A stretch of DNA of 64,000 nt from an uncultured candidate division Zixibacteria bacterium (GTDB lineage Bacteria > Zixibacteria > MSB-5A5 > GN15 > FEB-12). The notes under the pieces are model-generated. The model saw nothing but the letters and a program-made list of their open reading frames with translations. It did not search any database and was not told the DNA's origin. The translations under genes and the position numbers were made by a program. This document shows, piece after piece, positions 45,243 through 55,089 of this stretch (within the stretch, counting starts at the first letter, position 1; each line of letters begins with the position of its first letter). The stretch is from positions 64,001-128,000 of the forward strand of contig CAVTJJ010000006.1 of assembly GCA_963735035.1 (NCBI GenBank). Reading direction: 5' to 3'.

Positions 45243-46262
45243 ATGATCGATTATCTGAAAAACAGGCACATACTGGTCGTGGGTGGAGCTGGATACATCG
45301 GCTCCGTTCTCACCCGGACTCTCCTAAAGCGGGGGTATAGGGTTCGGGTCCTTGATGCCCTTCTATACAACAATGAGTTCGCCGTACGTGAGCTTTTCGG
45401 CCAGCCGCGGTTCTCTTTTGTTCTCGGAGATTTGTGCAAGGAAGATGACTTGCGGATAGCCCTGGACGGGGTCACCGACGTTGTTCTCCTAGCCGCGTTA
45501 GTGGGAGATCCGGTCTGTCGCCGGTATCCCGATCTGGCCCGCCACATCAATGAAACCGGGACAATTCGCCTGATCGAATATCTTGCCGGTACCTCAATCA
45601 GACGGCTCGTCTTCATGTCGACCTGCAGCAACTACGGTTTGCGGTCGGATGACACGGAAGCCACCGAAACCAGTGAATTGAACCCGCAGTCGCTTTACGC
45701 CGAATCCAAGGTCAAGATAGAGCGCTATCTGCTGGATCATTCTGGTTCGCTTGGATATACGTTCACAATCCTCAGGTCGGCGACCGCCTACGGTGTCTCG
45801 CCCCGGATGCGTTTCGATCTCACGGTCAATGAATTTACCCGCGAGCTGGCCCTCAGACGCGAGCTGGAGGTGTACGACGCCGACACCTGGCGGCCTTACT
45901 GTCATGTCGAGGACATAGCCGAGGCCATCAGGTTGGTTTTGTCGGCTGATGAGAAGTTGATCGGAAGTGAGGTTTTCAACGTTGGAGCCGGCTCCGAGAA
46001 TCATACTAAACGGATGATCGTGAGTTATCTGAAAGAAATTCTGCCCGATGGGATCGTGCGGTTCCGGGAAGGCCGGGTCGATCCCCGCAATTATTGCGTT
46101 TCATTTGATAAAATCAGCACCCGGATTGCGTTCCAACCGAGTTGGACCGTGCGACGGTTCATACCTGAGTTGACGCGGCTTATCATGAATGGCGCCTACG
46201 AATCATCCGAGGATGAGTCAAGCATCTACGGCAATACAGCCCCGGACATCACGACGCCGTAA
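45243..46262 (+). CDS. NAD-dependent epimerase/dehydratase (extended SDR)
   Basis: GGAGYIGS, LAALVGDP, STCSNYG, YAESK, RMRFDL and WRPYCHV. Confidence 0.92.
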   Translation: MIDYLKNRHILVVGGAGYIGSVLTRTLLKRGYRVRVLDALLYNNEFAVRELFGQPRFSFVLGDLCKEDDLRIALDGVTDVVLLAALVGDPVCRRYPDLARHINETGTIRLIEYLAGTSIRRLVFMSTCSNYGLRSDDTEATETSELNPQSLYAESKVKIERYLLDHSGSLGYTFTILRSATAYGVSPRMRFDLTVNEFTRELALRRELEVYDADTWRPYCHVEDIAEAIRLVLSADEKLIGSEVFNVGAGSENHTKRMIVSYLKEILPDGIVRFREGRVDPRNYCVSFDKISTRIAFQPSWTVRRFIPELTRLIMNGAYESSEDESSIYGNTAPDITTP

Positions 46263-46688
46263 TCCACGGCCACACAACACGTTAACGGGTTCATTATTGA
46301 TCCGTTTGGTCTGTGCGGGCCATGCAAGATCAATGCCTACAATTCTTGTCTTATATTCTGTGTGAGGCAGTCTTAGCTCTGTGTGGGGATGAATGTTCGG
46401 TCCTTTGGGATGTCTGGAAGGTGCCCGATGTCTCATTGATGAGAAAAAAAGTGTGCAGAAATTGCGCCATTGACCGAAATTGTTATTAACAACTTTCTTT
46501 TTTGGTTGACACTTGGCTGTCAAAAGTGCTCATAAGAGGTTGTAACACATAGGATGAGGGTGCTAGGACTGCACCAAATTGTTGCCAAGGAGCGGATACA
46601 TGCCTCTTGTTATTCATGCGGCTCTTCAGGCCTATTTCAGAAATCCAAGAGTAGTTATACAAGCATCGTTGCAGGAAGGAGTACTGGT

Positions 46689-49623
46689 ATGATGCCAAAA
46701 GCACTGCTTGCTGTGATGGTACTATTCTGTGTTGGAGCCATCTCTGTATGGGGTGCCACCACAGGAGCCATCAGCGGCTTGATCACCGATTCCCAGACCG
46801 GGGAACCCGTAGTTGGGGTTACCGTCATGGTCGTGGGCACAAACCTGGGAGCGTCTTCGGACGTCGACGGCCGGTACACGATCATAAACGTGCCGGTCGG
46901 AACCTACACTCTGAAAATGAGTTCGGTAGGTTATGCGACAGTCGACGTTTCTAACGTCTCCGTGTCGGTTGATTTAACCACCTATCAGTCGCAGACTATG
47001 AGTTCGCAGGCCACCGATATCGGTAAGACGATTCAGGTGACTGCCGAACGCAAGCTGATCATCGAGGACAAAACGACTTCGGTAAACGTCGTTACCCGCG
47101 ATGAATTGCTCGCCATGCCGACACGCGGGTTCGAGCAGGTGGTTGGTATCCAGAACAGCGTTGTTCGGATGAACTCCAACGTCGATACCCGCCAGCGCGG
47201 GTTCCGTCCGGCGGTAGGCAATGCCCCGGAAATCAACCTGCGCGGCGGTCGTCCGTCGGAAGTTGCTTACTACGTCGATGGGTTCTCTCAACAGGATCCG
47301 TTGACCGGTTTGTCGACAGCCAACATCAACAACAACGCCATCAAGGAAGTGCAGGTCACGTCTGGTGCGTTTTCGGCGGAGTACGGCCATGTTGCCTCAG
47401 GTATTGTCAATGTCACAACTAATTCCGGGAGTGACAAATATCACGGCAACGTCGAGGCGGTTTCTGACGCCGTTGCGGGCAAGTTCGGCTACGACGAGTT
47501 CGACCAGAATTGGTACTCTGCCGACTTGTCAGGACCGATTCCGGGCATGAGTAAAGGGTATTTCTTCTTGTCAGGTGAGCGGCGCTACCTTGGCGACCGT
47601 CAACCGTCCTCAAAGACGTACGACATTTACTCAAAATTCGGATTGGCCAAGGATTTTGACAAGCCCTGGCAGAAGCCTAACAATAGCCTCAAGGGCTGGT
47701 CGTACCAGGGCAAGCTGGATTTTGATATCACTCCGAATATGAAGCTGGGTCTCAGCGGTAACGGATCAATCGATCAATGGAATCGTTACATACATTCGTA
47801 CATGAATCCGGATTTCCCGGAGCAGATTAAGCACTCTCCGTATTATGACGACCGCAACCTTGGCATTAACGCCAAGCTGACCCATACTCTCAGCAGCAAC
47901 ACTTTCTATAACTTGAGTCGTCTCTTATTTCAAGGTGACACGACTCTACGTTGACGGTGTCCTGAGAGGTAATTACAACGCCTACCGGCGCGATGGGGCC
48001 AATCCGCGGCAGGACAAATACTCATTGTTCCAGGAAGGCACGCCTCACTACGCGAGTGAGTTCGACCCAGCGATAGATTCCGGATCTGCGCAGGATGTGT
48101 TGGTGCGGTATGACGCATCATATTTCGATCGGTTTGAGGACCGTCGGTCGCAATACCTCGGAAGCAAGGGTGTGCTGACCCATCAATTCTCGGCCAGCAA
48201 CACACTTACTTCAGGATTTGACTTCCAGTATCACACTCTGCGACTATTCCAGAATTTGTCGCCGACCGATCCGAGCGGATTCCAGATCAATAATGTCAAT
48301 TATTACGGCTTTGACAGTCTCGGCAACGTAGCTGATCCGTCCGGTTACCAGAACAGCACGAAACACCCTTACAATCTGGGTCTCTTCTTGCAGGATCGTC
48401 TGGAGCATCGCGGTTTGATTATTCAGGCCGGTCTGCGTTTCGACGTCTTCGACTACAGGTCGCAACGCTTGAAAGACATTCACAAACCGTTCGATCCGGC
48501 AGGCTCTGATACTGCTCACATTACTATTCTGGACCCGACCGATTTGACGTCTTCGAAGAAGTTCACGCGTCTATCGCCACGATTGGGCATTTCCTTCCCG
48601 ATCAGCGACAAGACTCAGATGCACGTCAACTATGGTATATTTTACCAACGGCCGGATTTGACTAATCTCTATTCCGGGTGGAACTTCGTGTATGGGCGCA
48701 TCGGCGGCGGTTCATATTACCCGCAACCGTCACCAAATCTGGGGCCGGAAACAATCACGCAGTACGAAGTTGGTATGAGTCACCAACTGGGTGATTTCAC
48801 TGCGGTTGACATAACTGCTTACTACAAGGACGTGAAGGACCTTACGCAGATTATCAGTATTCCCGCTTTTCCACTTGAGTGGTGGTCTTACGGTAACGCC
48901 GACTTCGGTACGATCAAGGGCGTGGACTTCAGCCTCACCATGCGCCAGACGCATAACATCAGCATGAGCCTGAAGTATTCGCTGAGTTACGCTCAAGGCA
49001 CCGGTTCCTACTCGCAGTCGCAGTACAACATTGCGTGGAAGAATCCTACTGGTACTCCCAGGGTGACTAATCCGCTCGATTACGATCAGCGGCACAGCCT
49101 TATTGGAATGTTTGACATTCGCACCGGCGCCAAAGAGGGGCCAAGATTCGGCGATGCGCATCCGTTGGAGAACACAGGACTGAACATTCTCATCCAGGCT
49201 GCCAGCGGTACGCCGTTTACCCCGATGCAACCATACGATGCCATTACGGCTGCGGCGGTTCAGCAGATACCGACTGGTCCGATCAACTCGGCGCATCTGC
49301 CGTGGACCTTTACGGTTGATATGAAGCTGGAGCGTACGTTCACGCTGGGCGCCTATAAGCTGGTGCCCTATTTGTGGGTCAAGAATCTGCTCAACTATGA
49401 GAATGTTATCGCGGTCTACGAAGGTACCGGCGAACCATATTCGACCGGTTGGCTCGAGACCCCGACTGGTGCGAATGATGTCGACAGAACGGACCCGGGT
49501 ATTGCGCACATAGCAGGGAACTATGGCGAGCAGTACTCTTACCGGTACGATCTGCTACAGAACAATCCGACCAACTATTCCAACCCGCGCATGATCATCG
49601 CCGGGCTACGAATGTCGTTCTAG
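46689..49623 (+). CDS. TonB-dependent outer-membrane receptor with N-terminal carboxypeptidase-like regulatory domain, +1 frameshift near 47918
   Basis: Signal peptide, GAISGLITDSQTGEP, plug LRGGRPSEVAYYVDG, GAFSAEYG...SGIVN, SPRLGISFPI and terminal Phe. Deleting one base in AGTCGTCTC gives LSVSYFKVTRLYVDG and joins the two ORFs. Confidence 0.9.
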
Positions 49624-49643
49624 GGAAAGTGAGGAAAGTAGAT

Positions 49644-52600
49644 ATGAAAATAAAACTTCTGGCATGTCTGCTGGTTCTCTTATTCGGCCTGCCATTGATG
49701 GCGGCGCCGCCAAAGGGGATATCAGCACAAGACGGGGCGCTCACGGTGGACAATTCCGTGTTCATCGACGCCAATAAGATTCTAATGTTTGTTACGAATC
49801 ACGGCAATTTCGGCCGCGATCTGGGTGGCCGCTTCGGCTACGACTACGGTACCTTCTTCCCGTTTACAAGTGTGCCGGCTATTGACGACGGTTCCAACGT
49901 GACTTCACCCTATTATGCCGGCGGCATCTGGGTAGGCGGAAGAGATTCGGCCACCGGCGACACGCTGGTGACCGTCGCCATCTACAGCGACGAGTACGTC
50001 CCTGGTCCTGCCCTGGGTGGAACGTTTCAGGCCGACCGTGCCGAGTTCCACGTCTACAAGTTGTTCCAGGACAGCCTGACGTCCAATCCCAACGCGGACT
50101 ATACGAACTGGCCGTGGGATCAGGGGGCGTCCCGACATTATATCTATACTGTCGATACGACCGTGCTGCCATGGGACAGCACTCTAGTTGATTCGGTGCC
50201 TGGCATTATTGGTGATCAGTTCTGCTGGTCGGCCTGCAATGACTTTAATCCGGCTCAGCATAACAACTCCTCCGGCTCAACCGCGCCGCTGGGTATTGAA
50301 GTCAAGACGTCGACCTTCGCTTTCTCACGCGAAGATCCCCTTGGCAACTGTCTGTTCATACGATTCCAGATCTACAACCGCGGGGATAAGGTTCTTGAGA
50401 ATTGCCTGTTCTCGATCTGGTCCGATCCTGATCTGGGTGGTTCGGGCGACGACCTGGTCGGTGTGGATACTCTCACTAACCTTGCTTATTGTTACAACGC
50501 CACTAACAGCGACCAGAAGTATGGTTCGACTCCACCGGCAATTGGAATTGACTTTTTCCAGGGCCCGCTCGAATACACCGGCCTGGAGACGGATACGGCG
50601 AAGATGTGGGGCAAGCTGTGGCCTGGGTACAAGAATATGGGTATGTACTCGTTCAATAAGTACGTCAACGGTACCGACCCCAACGACTGGCGAGAATCTT
50701 ACCGGTTTATGGCTGGACTTGACGCCAAGAACGGCGGCGCTCCCTTCGTTAATCCGACCACTGGGCAGGTTACCCGGTATGTAATGACCGGCGATCCGGT
50801 GACCGAAACGGGCTGGCGGGACAACACTCCCGCCGACCGCCGTATGCAGGAGACGACTGGCCCGATCACTTTCCGACCCGGTGACAGCATCGAAATCGTC
50901 TGCGCCATGGTCATTGGTCGTGGCGGTGATCGTCTGTCATCTATTTCGGTCATGAGGTACTATGACCGCTTTGCTCAGGATGCCTACGACAAGGACTTCG
51001 TTCTGGCTCAGCCGCCGGCTCCACCTGTGGTTTCGGTGGCGCAGTTGGAGAACGAGGTGGTACTTAACTGGACTGATACCTCGGAAGTGGATCACGGTGA
51101 TTACCCGTTCGAAGGGTACACTGTCTACCAGGGCCCTGGTTCCAGCGGTCCGTGGACCCGTATTGCCAACTTCGACGTGGTCAACGGCGTTGCCCAGATC
51201 CTAGACGAGGTCCTCGATCCGGCGACCACAGCGCTCGAACAGCGGCTGGTCAAGCTTGGCACCGACAACGGCATCATGCGGTACTTCACGGTGACCCAGG
51301 ACTATCTCACGGGAGGCCCACTGCGGAATCTTACGACCTACTACTTCCGCGTTGAAGCGTATTCGTTCGATAATATAGCCACCCCCAAAACCCTGACCTC
51401 GGCCAACCTCGACCCGATCGAGCTCATCCCGAGAGCTCCGGTGGCGAACGAAACCTATAGCATGGTAGTGGGTGAATTCGACTCGGTGGTGCACGTCTCC
51501 GGTGTGTCCGACGGCATCATCACGGCTGAAGTCATCGACCCCAGCATTCTTACGGGCCACACTTATCGGGTCACGTTTGAGGAAAACAACGAGGCCGGTC
51601 TGCATGCCGGCAACGCCCTGGGTGTTGCCTGGTTCCTTATCGACAGCACTAGCGGTGACACTCTGCTGAGAGATATGACCAATCTTTCGGGGGACAACAA
51701 CTATCCCATCAAAGATGGCTTCATGTGCCGGGTGTCCGGCCCGCCGCTTCTAGGGCTTGCTTATCAGTATGTCGCTCCTGCGACGCCGAATATAAGCCCG
51801 GTCGCTGCCGTTGACGACACCGCTTACACCGGTGACCGCTGGTTTACGGGCGATCCCGTCAATGGCGGTGAGCTCATGTTTGGTGGTATATTCATGGAGC
51901 CGAACTTCTGGGGTAGCACCAGCCTGGGACCGACAGATTATCCCACCATTGAGGTGCGTTGGCGCCCCATGCAGAGCTACACCGATCTGAACGGCGACGG
52001 CCACTACACCATCGGCGAACCTTATGTCGTGGATGATACTACGTTAACTCAGCGAGCATTCATGTATCAGGGCTTCGCAGGCGGGCTGTACCAGGGGTTC
52101 AATAAGGTTCCGTTCTCCGCGTGGGACGTTTCCGATCCGGCGAATCCGCGGCAGGTGAACGTTGTCGTACGAGATCGTGATGCGAACGGTCAGTGGGATG
52201 AGAACTGGTTGGCCGATACCATTGCCAATCCGGCCGACACGATACTTCCCAGACGTGGCGATCTTCAGTACAACTACACCTGGATACTGAACACGACCTA
52301 TGATCCTACGGGTACGATGTATGGTGACGGAACCGGCGGATCAGTTGATTTCTGGAGTTACGACGATGGTAACGGGTTGTGGGATGCGGCCTGGATGATG
52401 TGGCTCTACCCGCGTACACGTCCAGAACTAGGAGCTGAAGGTATTCTTCGTCTGGTCCCACCAGCCGTTATCACGGGTAATGACTCTTACAGCTTTGTGC
52501 CTGCTGCCCCTACAGCGGTGGTTCCAAGCGAACAGGCATTAGCCGCTATCAAGGCCGTCCCGAATCCGTTCTATCTGTTTGGTCCATACGATCCGGCGGT

Positions 52601-52853
52601 GGGGAACTATCAAATCAAGTTCCATCACCTCCCCAAGGTGTGTTCGATCTCGATCTACAACCTGGCGGGTGATTTTATTACCCGGATAGACAAGAACGAT
52701 GATACGCCGATGGCTGAATGGAACCTGCAGTCCGATAATCGGATTCCGGTGTCCTCAGGCATATATATTTACGTCGTCGATGCTCCCGGCTTCGGTCAGA
52801 AAATCGGCAAGCTGGCTGTTTTCTACGAAGACGAAGTGCTCACGATCTACTAA
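49644..52853 (+). CDS. Large secreted protein with a C-terminal T9SS-like sorting domain
   Basis: Signal peptide, WSDPDLG, DFFQGP, PPAPPVV/FEGY FN3-like segment, C-terminal IKAVPNPF...IYNLAG...SGIYIYVV...KLAVF. Confidence 0.8.
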   Translation: MKIKLLACLLVLLFGLPLMAAPPKGISAQDGALTVDNSVFIDANKILMFVTNHGNFGRDLGGRFGYDYGTFFPFTSVPAIDDGSNVTSPYYAGGIWVGGRDSATGDTLVTVAIYSDEYVPGPALGGTFQADRAEFHVYKLFQDSLTSNPNADYTNWPWDQGASRHYIYTVDTTVLPWDSTLVDSVPGIIGDQFCWSACNDFNPAQHNNSSGSTAPLGIEVKTSTFAFSREDPLGNCLFIRFQIYNRGDKVLENCLFSIWSDPDLGGSGDDLVGVDTLTNLAYCYNATNSDQKYGSTPPAIGIDFFQGPLEYTGLETDTAKMWGKLWPGYKNMGMYSFNKYVNGTDPNDWRESYRFMAGLDAKNGGAPFVNPTTGQVTRYVMTGDPVTETGWRDNTPADRRMQETTGPITFRPGDSIEIVCAMVIGRGGDRLSSISVMRYYDRFAQDAYDKDFVLAQPPAPPVVSVAQLENEVVLNWTDTSEVDHGDYPFEGYTVYQGPGSSGPWTRIANFDVVNGVAQILDEVLDPATTALEQRLVKLGTDNGIMRYFTVTQDYLTGGPLRNLTTYYFRVEAYSFDNIATPKTLTSANLDPIELIPRAPVANETYSMVVGEFDSVVHVSGVSDGIITAEVIDPSILTGHTYRVTFEENNEAGLHAGNALGVAWFLIDSTSGDTLLRDMTNLSGDNNYPIKDGFMCRVSGPPLLGLAYQYVAPATPNISPVAAVDDTAYTGDRWFTGDPVNGGELMFGGIFMEPNFWGSTSLGPTDYPTIEVRWRPMQSYTDLNGDGHYTIGEPYVVDDTTLTQRAFMYQGFAGGLYQGFNKVPFSAWDVSDPANPRQVNVVVRDRDANGQWDENWLADTIANPADTILPRRGDLQYNYTWILNTTYDPTGTMYGDGTGGSVDFWSYDDGNGLWDAAWMMWLYPRTRPELGAEGILRLVPPAVITGNDSYSFVPAAPTAVVPSEQALAAIKAVPNPFYLFGPYDPAVGNYQIKFHHLPKVCSISIYNLAGDFITRIDKNDDTPMAEWNLQSDNRIPVSSGIYIYVVDAPGFGQKIGKLAVFYEDEVLTIY

Positions 52854-52862
52854 GGCAAGGAG

Positions 52863-53858
52863 ATGACGAAAATGAAACTGAAACTTGTATTCATGACGGT
52901 GGTTCTCCTGGTCTTAGGCCTGAGTACGGCCTTTGCGGGGAACGCCGCTAGAATCGGCAGCGCGGGCGCCCAGGAACTGCGTGTTCCTTTCGGCTCGCGT
53001 GGCACCGCCATGAGCGGCGCCGTTATCGCCAACGTGCAGGGTGTCGAGTCGATGTACTGGAATCCGGCCGGGTTGGCGTCTTTGGAGGGTACCGAGGCGA
53101 TGTTCTCGTACCTGCCCTATATCGCCGACATCAAGCAGAACTTTGTCGGCATTGCGACCAACGTCGAGAACTTCGGCACCATCGGTTTTGGTGCCAAGAT
53201 CATGTCTATTGGTGACATGGAAGAGACCACGCAGGAATTTCCTGATGGCACCGGCCGCCTTTTCAATCCGTCGCTGGCTGTTATCAATATCAGCTACGCA
53301 CGGATTCTGACGGCCAACGTGTCGTTTGGCGCCACGGCTATGTTCATCAATGAGCAAATCGCCGAGGCGAAGGCGACCGGTCTGGCGTTTGACGTCGGCT
53401 TCATGTACGATCCGGCTTGGCACGGTTTCAAGATGGGTATAGCCATGAAGAACTACGGTTCGGAAATGCATTTCTCCGGTCGTGGTTTCGACCGCAGCCT
53501 TGACGGCCGTCCGGTGAGCCCACTTGCGGCCCCCTTCGATCTGCCGGCCTGTATCAACATGGGCATGTCAAAGGATTTCGTTCAGGGCGACAATGTGCTC
53601 TCGATGAATGGCAACTTCGTGGCCAACACCTATTCCAACGACGTTGTCCAGGGCGGGTTGGAGTACGGTTACAAAGGGCTCTACTTCCTCCGCGGAGGGT
53701 ACAACTACTCGAAGCAGAGCGAATGGATTCACGGAGCAACCTTGGGAGCCGGTTTGACAGTTGAACTGGGTGAGACCAAAGCCAGGTTCGAATACTCGTG
53801 GAACCAGACTGATGTCTTTGACGACAACCAGCATTTCACGGTGAGCATGAGCTTCTAA
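52863..53858 (+). CDS. PorV/PorQ family outer-membrane beta-barrel
   Basis: GAQELRVPFGSRGTAMSGA, YWNPAGLA, LAFDVG, LRGGY and terminal Phe. Confidence 0.88.
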   Translation: MTKMKLKLVFMTVVLLVLGLSTAFAGNAARIGSAGAQELRVPFGSRGTAMSGAVIANVQGVESMYWNPAGLASLEGTEAMFSYLPYIADIKQNFVGIATNVENFGTIGFGAKIMSIGDMEETTQEFPDGTGRLFNPSLAVINISYARILTANVSFGATAMFINEQIAEAKATGLAFDVGFMYDPAWHGFKMGIAMKNYGSEMHFSGRGFDRSLDGRPVSPLAAPFDLPACINMGMSKDFVQGDNVLSMNGNFVANTYSNDVVQGGLEYGYKGLYFLRGGYNYSKQSEWIHGATLGAGLTVELGETKARFEYSWNQTDVFDDNQHFTVSMSF

Positions 53859-53885
53859 CCTGTGGGATAGTTCTTTGTTCTGTAC

Positions 53886-53921
53886 GGCCGGGCGCCCAAC
53901 CAGCGCCCGGCCTTTCTATTT
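53886..53921 (+). terminator. Rho-independent terminator of the TonB-CTD-PorV operon
   Basis: GGCCGGGCGC-N7-GCGCCCGGCC followed by TTTCTATTT. Confidence 0.85.
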
Positions 53922-54141
53922 GGCGTATCCGCCGTTGCCTTGGGGACTTACGGCCAGGGGCACTTGTTGGGATCATATCTGTTGTGAGAGGTGAGGGTTT
54001 GCAGAACCGGTCCGGCTTGCCTCGGGTTTCGTAATTCCGATGACATTACGGAGATAATAGGTAAGGTTGCTCGGACATTGCTTGACAGAACCGGTTTCTG
54101 AGATATTTTGCGCGGGTGTTTTGTGAACGTCTGGAGGATGC

Positions 54142-55020
54142 ATGCCCAATGTAGTCGATAACCGGCCTCTTAGCGATATGGTTTGGAAGATGCGGGTCCA
54201 TGTACCCAAGTTGGTCGCCAAGGCAAAAGCGGGCCAGTTTGTCATTATTAGAGTCAACGAGCAGGGCGAACGGGTGCCTATGTCTATCGCCGGACTGGAC
54301 CCGGCCAACGGCCTGCTGACAATAATTTACCAGGTGGTCGGGAAGACCAGCGCCTTGATGACCACCATTCCCGCGGGTGGCCAGATTTCGGATTGTGTCG
54401 GTCCCCTGGGGCTGGCGTCGCATGCCGAGAATTGGGGGACGGCCTGCGTTATCGGTGGCGGTATTGGAATCGCGCCGATATACCCGATCGCCCAGGCTTA
54501 CAAGAAGGCCGGCAACAAGGTTCATACAATAATAGGGGCTCGAAACAAGAGCCTCTTGTTCTACGAAGAAGAGCACAAGGCGGTCGCCGATCAGCTTCAT
54601 GTCTGTACCGACGACGGTTCCTACGGGCGCCACGGCTTCGTGTCGGACGTTCTGAAGGGGTTGCTCGACGGCGGTGAGAAGATCGGTATGATCATGGCTA
54701 TCGGACCGGTGCCAATGATGAAGGTTGTGGCCAATCTGACCCGGAGCTACAACGTCCCGACCTGGGTATCGCTCAACCCGCTGATGGTGGACGGTACCGG
54801 AATGTGCGGCGGGTGCCGCGTTAAGGTTGGCGACGAAACCAAGTTTGCTTGCGTTGACGGCCCCGATTTCGACGGCCACAAGGTCGATTTTGCGCTGCTG
54901 TCGTCGCGTTTGGCGGCCTACCGAGATCAGGAAAGACACGCCATGAAGAAGCTGCTGGAAGATCCCAACTGCCGTCTGACCCAGGCAGTGAAGGGATTCC
55001 GTTACCCGGATCAACAGTAA
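54142..55020 (+). CDS. nfnA: NfnA/SudB-type FAD/[2Fe-2S] small subunit of electron-bifurcating transhydrogenase
   Basis: AGQFVII, GERVPM, GPLG, GGGIG, TDDGSYG, MVDGTGMCGGCRV and FACVDGPDFDG. Confidence 0.9.
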   Translation: MPNVVDNRPLSDMVWKMRVHVPKLVAKAKAGQFVIIRVNEQGERVPMSIAGLDPANGLLTIIYQVVGKTSALMTTIPAGGQISDCVGPLGLASHAENWGTACVIGGGIGIAPIYPIAQAYKKAGNKVHTIIGARNKSLLFYEEEHKAVADQLHVCTDDGSYGRHGFVSDVLKGLLDGGEKIGMIMAIGPVPMMKVVANLTRSYNVPTWVSLNPLMVDGTGMCGGCRVKVGDETKFACVDGPDFDGHKVDFALLSSRLAAYRDQERHAMKKLLEDPNCRLTQAVKGFRYPDQQ

Positions 55021-55089
55021 TTGCGGGTCATGTCGTAACACTTATAGACAGTCGATTCGATTGGACGCTGATATAGCTTGGAGTTGGTC

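Noticed and set aside
46263..46688. Cobalamin riboswitch ahead of the TonB receptor (attractive because HgcA needs a corrinoid)
   Set aside because: No B12-box or GGGAA...GCCCCCGC-ACTGT-type core could be found by eye; an Rfam scan would settle it.
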